64,000 bases of DNA from Verrucomicrobiota bacterium (GTDB lineage Bacteria; Verrucomicrobiota; Verrucomicrobiia; Opitutales; Cerasicoccaceae), in assembly GCA_039818205.1 (NCBI GenBank), contig JBCBUK010000002.1:64001-128000 (forward strand), given 5' to 3'. Shown here one piece after another: positions 49,217 to 57,383 of the stretch. The notes beneath the pieces were generated by a model. That model did not search any database. It was not told the origin of the DNA and saw only the letters and a program-made list of their open reading frames with translations. Both the position numbers and the translations under genes were made by a program. The first letter of the stretch is position 1, and the number at the start of each line of letters is the position of its first letter.

Positions 49217-49271
49217 GGTTGATTTCCATTGCCAAGGCAATTAGGATTAGTAATAAATCTGATCCAACCTT

Positions 49272-49586
49272 ATGTCTACTGAACATTTTTCTGTTAAAGA
49301 TACTGAGACTGGACGGGAGATCGTTTTTCAGGGCCAACTTCACGCAGCTGTGTGTGGCGCGATGAATGACGATCTCGTGTCTGAATGTGAAAACTGCGAG
49401 GGCGCGTTGACGTTCGATATGACGGCGGTGACGTTCGTATCCTCCTCATTTCTGCGTCTGGTGCTCACCGCAAATCGGATGAAGGGGCGTGAGGGATTTG
49501 CTGTGACCAACGTCCAGCCCGAGGTCAAAAAAGTTTTCAAGATGGCAGGGCTATGGGACGCATTGGGCATGGCTAGGACAAACTAA
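49272..49586 (+). CDS. STAS domain protein (anti-sigma factor antagonist-like)
   Basis: FDMTAVTFVSSS-LR, V-PEVKKVFKMAG. Confidence 0.85.
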   Translation: MSTEHFSVKDTETGREIVFQGQLHAAVCGAMNDDLVSECENCEGALTFDMTAVTFVSSSFLRLVLTANRMKGREGFAVTNVQPEVKKVFKMAGLWDALGMARTN

Positions 49587-49604
49587 TCCTACCGTTCCCT
49601 CGAA

Positions 49605-50084
49605 ATGCCGATTCAGATCTCCTACCTGGCTGACCACCCTGAATGGATTGCCAAGGTAGCTGAATGGTTTGAGGAAGAATGGGGCAGCGTTTGGAAGCCC
49701 AGGACTTTTAATGGTTGGTGGGACATCGCCGCCAATCACTCGAATCACTCTCGGTTGCCGATCGCCTATGTTGCCCATAAAAATGGTCGGATTTTTGGAG
49801 CAGCTGCGTTGGACCCGCATCCGCCGATACCGCTCCTGGATGAGTTTGCGGGGGCCTGGATGAGTGGCCTGTTTCTCGAGCGCGATCCGTACGAGGAATA
49901 TCACAAGGCGCTTATGGTCCAAAAGATTTGCGAAACGGCTCTTTCGTTTGACCACTTGAAAATTCACACCATCGCCCGCGTTGCGGACCAGAGATTCAAT
50001 TACGAAGGCCATGGATGGGAACAGGTGGGCACGGTTGAAATGGCAGCCTGTCAAGTGAGAGTCCTGCAAATGATTGTTCGTTAG
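49605..50084 (+). CDS. GNAT-fold protein, divergent
   Basis: YLADHPEWI-W-EW N-terminus, P-VA-G-AAL, terminal Y--HGW. Confidence 0.6.
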   Translation: MPIQISYLADHPEWIAKVAEWFEEEWGSVWKPRTFNGWWDIAANHSNHSRLPIAYVAHKNGRIFGAAALDPHPPIPLLDEFAGAWMSGLFLERDPYEEYHKALMVQKICETALSFDHLKIHTIARVADQRFNYEGHGWEQVGTVEMAACQVRVLQMIVR

Positions 50085-50230
50085 GTGTTTGCGTCTTTGT
50101 AACTTGTTTGTTTTTCTTTTGAGCTGGCCCGATTGGACATTCTTTTGCCATCATGCTATTTTTTCCCCGTCGTTGAACATTTCAATTGATTTGCGGTCGT
50201 AATAGAATCCTGCTTCACTGAATTCTTTTT

Positions 50231-52036
50231 ATGGGTGGAACATCATCGTTTATCGAAGCTCTTTTCTCCAGTGCCTGGGGGATTGTTTTAGTACTCATCT
50301 TCTTCAATGGTTCCATCATTGTGCACGAGCTGGGGCACTACCTCGCCGCACGGTGGCGTGGTCTCAAAGTGGAGCGCTTTTCGCTGTTTGGCCTTGGGCC
50401 AAAGCTCATCAGCTGGAAGGGCAAGGACGACGTTGAATACTGCATTTGCGCGATTCCGTTCGGCGCCTACGTGGCACTCCCGCAGCTGGCGGAGATGCGC
50501 GCGCTTGAAGGCGACGGCGATGCAAAGGAAAGTCTACCGCCAATTAGCTATTCCGACAAAATGTACGTCGCATTTGCGGGACCGTTTTTCAATCTGATTT
50601 TGGCTATCATCGTTGCGTGCGTGGGCTGGTATGTCGGCTATCCGACTGAGAAAGGCTACGAGAGCCCGGAGATCGGGTACGTTTACCAAGAGTTGGACGA
50701 GGGTATTGAAGGACCAGCCTACAAAGCTGGGCTTCGCCCGGGAGACGTGATTGTGGCTGTTGACGGAGAGCCGGTTGAGAAGTTCAAGCAAGTTCCCGAG
50801 CTGGTTGCTCTGGGTTCCCGCAAAACCGACGATGGCCAGCCAGTGAGCGTCTTTACGATTTCCCGAAACGGAGAGACGAAGGATATAACCATTTACCCTG
50901 AGATGATGCTCCAGAATACGGGCTCGGGCGACAAAATGCGCCGCATTGGTATCGAGGCAACTACCTCTTTGATTGTGGGTGGCATCTTGGAGAATTCGCC
51001 GGCTGAACGGGCAGGCCTACAGACCGGAGATCATATCAAGTCAATCGATGGGCAACCCGTTTACAGTATCCGCCACATTAGCCAGCTGCTGAATGAGCGT
51101 AAGAATCAGAAGGTGGGAGTCATCGTAGACAGGGCGGGAGAGGATGTGCCGTTGGAGATCGACGCGCTACCGGTACCTATAACCCGTCCGATCGCCCGGT
51201 TGACCTTGCCAGAAGAGGGTGGATTGGCTTTTGAGGTCATTCCCCTTTACGATCCGGAATCGACCGCCGACCAAGCGGATACGAATACGAAATCTACGTT
51301 GATTCTGTTTTCTCTCGAGGCTGGACGATCCGTGATTGCCTCGGATGGCGACTGGATAATTGAGAAGATTAACGGACAGAAAGTCGATTCGGTGGCATCG
51401 CTTAACAGCCTGATTGGCGCCGCAAACCAATCCGAGCCCCTTGAAGTGACCTTAAATAACGGTGACGTCACCCGTAACCGGCAATTGCCCGCGGGGATCG
51501 GAATTGAGATCGTAGCCCCCGAGGAAAAGGTCATGCTCGGCTTTGGCGGAATGGCGGAGCGTATTTTGGTCTATCAACAACCCCTTGATCAATTTGAAGA
51601 GCATATCAAGCGCACTTTCAGGACCTTGGGTAGCCTCTTGAGCCCATCATCGGATATCGGTGTAAGGCACCTCTCGGGTCCAGTCGGAATTACAACCAGC
51701 CTCTATCGAATAGCCCAGTTTGACTGGCGTTTGGTCCTGTGGTTCGCGGTCCTGCTGAACATTAATCTAGCGATCTTGAATCTTTTGCCGATTCCGGTGC
51801 TGGATGGTGGCCATATGATGTTTGCCACGATCGGAAAAGTTTGGGGCAAGCCTCTGCCGATTAGTTTCATTGCGAATGTGCAGGCCGCTTTCATGATCGT
51901 GCTTTTGGGCGTCATGTTCTACGTGCTGTATTTCGACTCGATGCGCGAAGTTGGTTACCACGAAGAGCGCCAACAATACCAGCGCGAGGCGACCTATGGC
52001 ATTCGGGCTGAGTTCCGGCCCGAGCGTTACAACTAG
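50231..52036 (+). CDS. rseP: RIP metalloprotease RseP
   Basis: HELGH, AGPFFN, PDZ domains, LSGPVGI, NLLPIPVLDGGH. Confidence 0.95.
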   Translation: MGGTSSFIEALFSSAWGIVLVLIFFNGSIIVHELGHYLAARWRGLKVERFSLFGLGPKLISWKGKDDVEYCICAIPFGAYVALPQLAEMRALEGDGDAKESLPPISYSDKMYVAFAGPFFNLILAIIVACVGWYVGYPTEKGYESPEIGYVYQELDEGIEGPAYKAGLRPGDVIVAVDGEPVEKFKQVPELVALGSRKTDDGQPVSVFTISRNGETKDITIYPEMMLQNTGSGDKMRRIGIEATTSLIVGGILENSPAERAGLQTGDHIKSIDGQPVYSIRHISQLLNERKNQKVGVIVDRAGEDVPLEIDALPVPITRPIARLTLPEEGGLAFEVIPLYDPESTADQADTNTKSTLILFSLEAGRSVIASDGDWIIEKINGQKVDSVASLNSLIGAANQSEPLEVTLNNGDVTRNRQLPAGIGIEIVAPEEKVMLGFGGMAERILVYQQPLDQFEEHIKRTFRTLGSLLSPSSDIGVRHLSGPVGITTSLYRIAQFDWRLVLWFAVLLNINLAILNLLPIPVLDGGHMMFATIGKVWGKPLPISFIANVQAAFMIVLLGVMFYVLYFDSMREVGYHEERQQYQREATYGIRAEFRPERYN

Positions 52037-52135
52037 GCGGGCCTCAGTTTGGCCTCCTGACAAAGTCTAAAATCGGTTCAATGTCGGCATTGACATTGCC
52101 GGAAGAGCCGTTCATTTATCCTTCCTTCTTCACTT

Positions 52136-52220
52136 GCTCGGGTGGCGGAATTGGCAGACGCGCTGGGTTTAGGTTCCAGTGTCCTAGGACGTGCAGGTTC
52201 GACCCCTGTCCCGAGTACCA
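52136..52220 (+). tRNA. tRNA-Leu (anticodon TAG)
   Basis: 85 nt; acceptor GCTCGGG/CCCGAGT, anticodon arm CTGGG-TTTAGGT-TCCAG, long variable arm, GGTTCGA T-loop, encoded CCA. Confidence 0.97.
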
Positions 52221-52244
52221 TTTCAGGTGTGTGTCGTGGAATGT
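52190..52244 (+). repeat. att-like direct repeat, copy 1 (tRNA 3' end)
   Basis: 52190-52223 is identical (34 bp) to 57156-57189; a further 13 bp TGTCGTGGAATGT is identical in the same register. Confidence 0.95.
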
Positions 52245-52779
52245 CTATCTGCGTCATCTTCCCAGATACATGGTCGTCATGCCTTGATCACAGCGTGCAT
52301 TCCAACGTCAAAAAGCGCACGTACCGACTACAGGCGATGGAAGTCGGCATTGGTCAGTGGATCATATTTGATTAGTTCGATCGTCGCCGGTCCATTCGCT
52401 CCGGCAGTCGAATCGTCACAGCGACATTCGATCACGAACTGGGCGACCAGCGATCAATCGGAGCAGTAGGGGGCAGGATCTTATTGCGCTACCGCGAATA
52501 TCTTCGACAAAATCCTTGCAAAAACCAGATGAGAAAACCATGAGAAGGGATACTGAATTCCAAATTTATGCTACCAAAATCAGTGCCTAGACTATGAAAT
52601 CCGGTGAGCCAGAGTTGAGATTGCCTCGCCAGGGATGTTCTCGAATTCAAGACAGTCCTCGACTCAACAGGATTGCCGTAAGGTGGGTCTACTAAAGGCC
52701 TGTAAGAAAGTATACTAGTTAGAGTGCAAGTAGATGCATTGTTTTTTTAGATATACTGGCATACCTCTGAGCCTCACAC

Positions 52780-54213
52780 ATGATCTTTAAAAGCATCGGT
52801 TGGGCTGCACTTCAGCAATGGGGCCAGCAGGGAAGCCAGGTCATTGTCCTTTTCGTTGTTGCCAACATTATCGGACCAGAAGCAATTGGCGTTCTCACTT
52901 TTGCCAACATCTTCATGGGGTTGGCCCAAATCTTTATCAATCAGGGTTATGCGGAATCACTGATTCAATCGGAGAAACTAGTCGAAGCGCAGATAAATAC
53001 CATCTTCTGGCGGATGATGATGATTTCTGGATGCGTTTTTACGGTCTTTATTGTTGCTGGGTCACTACTCGCTTGGTTCCAGACGAAGGATAATCTTGGG
53101 CTCGTTCTAATCGCTTTAGCGCCGATTCTATTTCTTCGGCCTGTGTCGCAGATGCACAGTTCAATCGCAGGCCGCGAAATGCGATTTAAGGACGTGGCGC
53201 GAGCGTCAGTCTTATCTTCCTTCGCGGGCGATCTCCTTGCAGTCGTGTTAGCATTGCAGGGTTTGGGCTTATGGAGCCTCGTCATTTCGCAGCAAGTCAA
53301 AGCCATATTGCTGATTCTTCTTCTTACTGGAATAAACCAGTGGAGTCCACGATTTGAGTTCAATGCGAAAAGTGTTAAACACAGTGAACAGTTTAGCCGT
53401 AAACTATTTGGCACAAACTTTATGGCTTTTATTGGAATGCGCGCAGACCAGCTCATTATTGGCACTTTCATCGGATTCGAATCTCTGGGGATTTATAGCT
53501 TAGTGATGCGTTTGATACTCACGCTTGAAACGCTAATGATGTCCGCGTTGAATCGCGTTTTCTTCAGCGTCTTTTCCCGCCTTCAACAAGAGAAAGATCG
53601 AATCCTTGATTTGTATTATTCTGGCTTGGATATCTTGTGTGCGGCGACGTTTCCAGCGCTGTTCGGCTTAGCGGTTGTCGGCCCAACTCTGTTTACAAAT
53701 ATCATGGGTCCCCAATGGTCAGATTCTGCAAACATCATTTGGCCGCTCTCAATTTTTATGGCTCTAAAAACTGCAGCTTACCTTTTCTACCCATTACAAC
53801 TGGGACAAGGACGTTCCGATTTGCTTTTCAAATGTGCGACATATGCGGCCCTACTTACTATAGTATGCTCAACCGTAGCCGCTCCTTTTGGAATTGTAGC
53901 GGTTGCCTTTGGTGTCGCAGTGCGCATGCTCATCGGGCTCGCAATTCATGTCGCCTACGCAAACAAAAGTATGCAATTTCAGAATTTTCGATTCTTAAGA
54001 ATAGTTAGCGTGAATCTCTTTAACTCGCTAGTAATTACCATTGTTGGAGTATTAGTTATGCAACAGCTTGAGGCTAACTGGGCAGTGAAGACCATTTTAA
54101 CAATAGCTACATCGTCTATGATATATTTGTTTTTAACTTTTTTCCGTCTGGACACATTAAGGGCGGAGGTTTCCCTCCTTAATCGCTGGCGGCTGGACCC
54201 GAACGACCAATAA
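52780..54213 (+). CDS. Polysaccharide flippase (Wzx/PST family)
   Basis: About 14 TM segments; G-SLIQ, REMRFK, G-GLWSLV, DQLIIG-G-LGIY, GPQW motifs. Confidence 0.88.
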   Translation: MIFKSIGWAALQQWGQQGSQVIVLFVVANIIGPEAIGVLTFANIFMGLAQIFINQGYAESLIQSEKLVEAQINTIFWRMMMISGCVFTVFIVAGSLLAWFQTKDNLGLVLIALAPILFLRPVSQMHSSIAGREMRFKDVARASVLSSFAGDLLAVVLALQGLGLWSLVISQQVKAILLILLLTGINQWSPRFEFNAKSVKHSEQFSRKLFGTNFMAFIGMRADQLIIGTFIGFESLGIYSLVMRLILTLETLMMSALNRVFFSVFSRLQQEKDRILDLYYSGLDILCAATFPALFGLAVVGPTLFTNIMGPQWSDSANIIWPLSIFMALKTAAYLFYPLQLGQGRSDLLFKCATYAALLTIVCSTVAAPFGIVAVAFGVAVRMLIGLAIHVAYANKSMQFQNFRFLRIVSVNLFNSLVITIVGVLVMQQLEANWAVKTILTIATSSMIYLFLTFFRLDTLRAEVSLLNRWRLDPNDQ

Positions 54214-54352
54214 GCCCTCGGCTCACCTAACGAAACTTTTAATCTGACACGTGACTTCTAGCCAGTAGATCCGCCGCAAATACGTCGACAACAGCGTGAT
54301 GCAATAGGAATTTAAACCTACAACTTCAACTTACCCTACATCTTCAAGTAAC

Positions 54353-55051
54353 ATGAATATACCGTCTGAAATCAACAACCGCCTTGAGCTTTGGGTCAAC
54401 CTGCTGGATCAGTATAAACCTCGTAAATTTGCCGAAGTAGGCGTTTGGAAAGGGGAATTCGCTGAAACTATTTTAAAGGAGTGCCCTTACATTGAAGAAT
54501 ACACGATGATTGATCCTTGGGCGCATTTGCCAGACTGGAACAAGCCATTCAATAAAAGCACTAAAGATTTTACCTCGATCTATGAAGAGGCAATGGAGCG
54601 TACGAAATTCGCGTCTGATCGAGTTACCGTGCTTCGTGGTAGGACTAAAGATGTCATTCATGAAATCAAAGATCAAAGTCTCGATTTCGTTTACATTGAC
54701 GGTGATCATACGCTTCGCGGCATTGCGATCGATCTGATTCAACTTTATCCAAAAGTTAAGAAAGAAGGGATTGTTGCAGGGGATGATTTCTCGATCAGCC
54801 CGTGGCAGCATTCTGGCGATTATGAGCCGTCACTGGTTTGCCCTTTTGCGGTTTATTTCGCGGAGGCTATGCAGCACCCCATCACAGTAATGCCTTTTAG
54901 CCAATTCTTGATCGAAAAAAAGGAACCGGAATTCGCTTTCAACGACACGACTGGCAAATACCATGACTTGGGTTTAAACAAGCTAACCAACTCCCAGGGA
55001 GGTGGCATCTTACGGACTGCAAAGCGAATGATCAAAAAGGCCATTAAGTAG
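54353..55051 (+). CDS. Class I SAM-dependent methyltransferase (Methyltransf_24-like)
   Basis: EVGVWKG, IDPW, LDFVYIDGDH, GIVAGDD. Confidence 0.88.
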   Translation: MNIPSEINNRLELWVNLLDQYKPRKFAEVGVWKGEFAETILKECPYIEEYTMIDPWAHLPDWNKPFNKSTKDFTSIYEEAMERTKFASDRVTVLRGRTKDVIHEIKDQSLDFVYIDGDHTLRGIAIDLIQLYPKVKKEGIVAGDDFSISPWQHSGDYEPSLVCPFAVYFAEAMQHPITVMPFSQFLIEKKEPEFAFNDTTGKYHDLGLNKLTNSQGGGILRTAKRMIKKAIK

Positions 55052-55150
55052 TCTTTGAACTCAGAATCCTAGAACGAACGAATCAATTCTAGTCACACTG
55101 ATTTTCAAACTTCGAACCCTGATACCGTCCACTTCGACCGAACAATCCCC

Positions 55151-55903
55151 GTGAACCAATCAGCGATTACAACTTACTGCAGATCGTTCGAAAGGAATCT
55201 ACCTTACACGTTAAGGCGCAATCTTAGGCAGATATTCAAAACCAGTATCGATCAAAAGCACCACAAAATTCTCCTCCCTCCCCAATCCGAAGATGACACT
55301 AGCTTGGTTCCATTTCACACCAGCAAATCCATCTTTATCCATATCCCAAAGTGTGCGGGGATTTCCGTGGCTACTTCACTTTATGGGTGTCGAGCTGCGG
55401 GGCATATGAATGCCGCGACAATCCAGCTTTTTTTGACGAAAAAAGAATTTGAAAGCTATTACAAATTTACCTTCGTCAGAAATCCCTGGGACCGGTTGCA
55501 TTCCGCGTATTGCTTCTTGTCCGCAGGAGGGATGTCTGCGGCTGATAGAGATTTTGAACAAAAGGTTTTGTCAGATTATCATAGCTTCGAGAACTTCGTC
55601 ATCCAAGGACTCGATGACCGAAGAGTATTGAGCTATTATCATTTTATTCCTCAGGTAAATTTTATTAGAGGTTATCAAGGAAAGTTGATTACAGACTTCA
55701 TCGGTCGCTTCGAGTCTCTTGAGACTGATTTTTATTCGGTTTGTGAAAAGATTGGATCTGACAGCCAATTGAAGAATAAGAACCGAAATGCCTCCAAGCC
55801 GGAGAAAAGTTATACCAAAGCTTACTCCCAAGAAATGATAGATAAGGTTAGCCAAGTATACCGCCAAGATGTCGAGAATCTAAAATATAGTTTTGGCACT
55901 TAA
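55151..55903 (+). CDS. Sulfotransferase family 2 protein
   Basis: IFIHIPKCAG (5'-PSB), FTFVRNPWDRL-SAY (3'-PB), HF-PQ, DFIGRFE. Confidence 0.9.
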   Translation: MNQSAITTYCRSFERNLPYTLRRNLRQIFKTSIDQKHHKILLPPQSEDDTSLVPFHTSKSIFIHIPKCAGISVATSLYGCRAAGHMNAATIQLFLTKKEFESYYKFTFVRNPWDRLHSAYCFLSAGGMSAADRDFEQKVLSDYHSFENFVIQGLDDRRVLSYYHFIPQVNFIRGYQGKLITDFIGRFESLETDFYSVCEKIGSDSQLKNKNRNASKPEKSYTKAYSQEMIDKVSQVYRQDVENLKYSFGT

Positions 55904-55920
55904 AACTGGCTCTAAAACTC

Positions 55921-56841
55921 ATGCTCACTTTTTCGCTAATTATTTGCTGCTACAATAGTATTGAGCGCATCGAGCAGACTCTGCGTGCGGTTTGCTCCAT
56001 GAATACGCCAGATGACGTAGAGTGGGAGCTAATAGTTGTGGACAACAATTCTTCGGATGGTACCGCCGAGTATTGCAGTCAGCTATTAGCAGAATTGTCT
56101 CCGCCATCGGCGCGAGTTGTTGAGGAGAAAGAGCCCGGGTTGATGAATGCGCGAATCTGCGGAGCAGCGGCGGCTAAAAATGACTATCTTGCCTTCATTG
56201 ATGACGACAACTGGCCCGATATAAGTTGGTTGGAAGAAGCTGCTTCCATTCCGAAAGATTACCCAGAGGTTGGCGCTTGGGGTGGATGGTGCACGGGTGT
56301 TGGTGACGAAGGGCTACCCGAATGGTTTGATAAGCATGCCGGCAAGTTTGCTTGCGGCAAAATGCCCCAACCAGAGGGTATTTGTGCTAGTCCTTTCCTC
56401 CGTGGTGCAGGTTTATGCATTCGGAAAACGGCGTGGGATCAGATTTGCCACTTGTTGAAAAATCCATTTCTACTGGGACGGACTGGTAAGTCTCTTTCGT
56501 CGGGAGACGACAATTTCATCTGCCAGCTATTGGTCCGTCACGGATGGCATTTGTATTACAATCCGCGCATGCATATGATGCACTATATGCCCCCATCCCG
56601 TCTTACGCTTGATTACCTCTTTCGAGTTCATGAGGGAATCGGCCGGTCCTTCTCACGCCTGCGACCAGCGGTACTCGTAACAACAGGGTGGCCAAAGATG
56701 GCCTTCCATCCACTTCGATATTACTACAAGTTGCGCCAACTTCCCGATTACATTAAATACTCGAATGAACATAAAGCCCAGCCAGATGACATAGACCTGA
56801 AATGTCGCTACATATTAGCTCGGAGTAAGCTTTTCGGGTAG
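55921..56841 (+). CDS. Glycosyltransferase family 2
   Basis: IICCYN, WELIVVDNNSSDGT, AFIDDDN, SGDD. Confidence 0.92.
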   Translation: MLTFSLIICCYNSIERIEQTLRAVCSMNTPDDVEWELIVVDNNSSDGTAEYCSQLLAELSPPSARVVEEKEPGLMNARICGAAAAKNDYLAFIDDDNWPDISWLEEAASIPKDYPEVGAWGGWCTGVGDEGLPEWFDKHAGKFACGKMPQPEGICASPFLRGAGLCIRKTAWDQICHLLKNPFLLGRTGKSLSSGDDNFICQLLVRHGWHLYYNPRMHMMHYMPPSRLTLDYLFRVHEGIGRSFSRLRPAVLVTTGWPKMAFHPLRYYYKLRQLPDYIKYSNEHKAQPDDIDLKCRYILARSKLFG

Positions 56842-56935
56842 TGCGATTCAGCAGATTGGCTGGCACATTCGATTTTAAACAAAAAGCCAGTTTCAGAACC
56901 TATTTCTCCGCTAGCTTGCGGTCAGTGATCGTTAT

Positions 56936-57121
56936 TTGGACAGTGCCTCGGTCGAGCTTACGCTCACTGAAACCAGCGTAGTAATTGAAGAGTGGCGCTG
57001 GAAGTATAACCAGGGCCGCGAGCACCGTCGCCTAGGATACATCATGCCCTTGGGGTTTGCACTAAAAGAAATCGAAACCATCCATCTAAACCCAGGCATG
57101 GGCTCCTCAACCTGTTTGTGA
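56936..57121 (+). pseudogene. IS3-family transposase C-terminal remnant
   Basis: VVIEEWRWKYNQGREHRRLGYIMP resembles the integrase-core end IE-WR--YN--RPHSSLGY-TP; upstream part absent. Confidence 0.8.
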
Positions 57122-57155
57122 ACTAGAAACTAGGCGTGTTTCTTGCGAATTTCAG

Positions 57156-57210
57156 CGTGCAGGTTCGACCCCTGTCCCGAGTACCATTTTTGGAGGATGT
57201 CGTGGAATGT
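57156..57210 (+). repeat. att-like direct repeat, copy 2 (displaced tRNA 3' fragment)
   Basis: CGTGCAGGTTCGACCCCTGTCCCGAGTACCATTT identical to the tRNA-Leu 3' end. Confidence 0.95.
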
Positions 57211-57383
57211 TAAGAAGCGTTAAGGCTGGGGCGGTTCAATGTAGGAGTTCAAGGCTTCCAGCGGTGGGCAGACACAACTTGTCGGCGGGTTGCAGCGGCT
57301 ATCTGGTTGGTTTCAAAGCGCTTCTCGGAATATTCACGAATTAAGGGCTTTATGGAAATCGCTAGATGATATACTGTAGACGC

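Larger units (their letters stand above)
52190..57210. mobile_element. tRNA-Leu-anchored genomic islet (~5 kb) carrying glycan genes
   Basis: Bounded by direct repeats 4,966 bp apart; visibly AT-richer than the flanks; contains an IS remnant; no integrase recognised. Confidence 0.8.

Noticed and set aside
52221..52779. Possible integrase next to the tRNA
   Set aside because: The frames I read give only short ORFs with no tyrosine- or serine-recombinase motif; the ORFs at 52081-52469 overlap the tRNA and look spurious
57156..57187. Apparent second tRNA
   Set aside because: Only the T-arm, 3' acceptor strand and CCA are present, with no D or anticodon arm; treated as an att repeat
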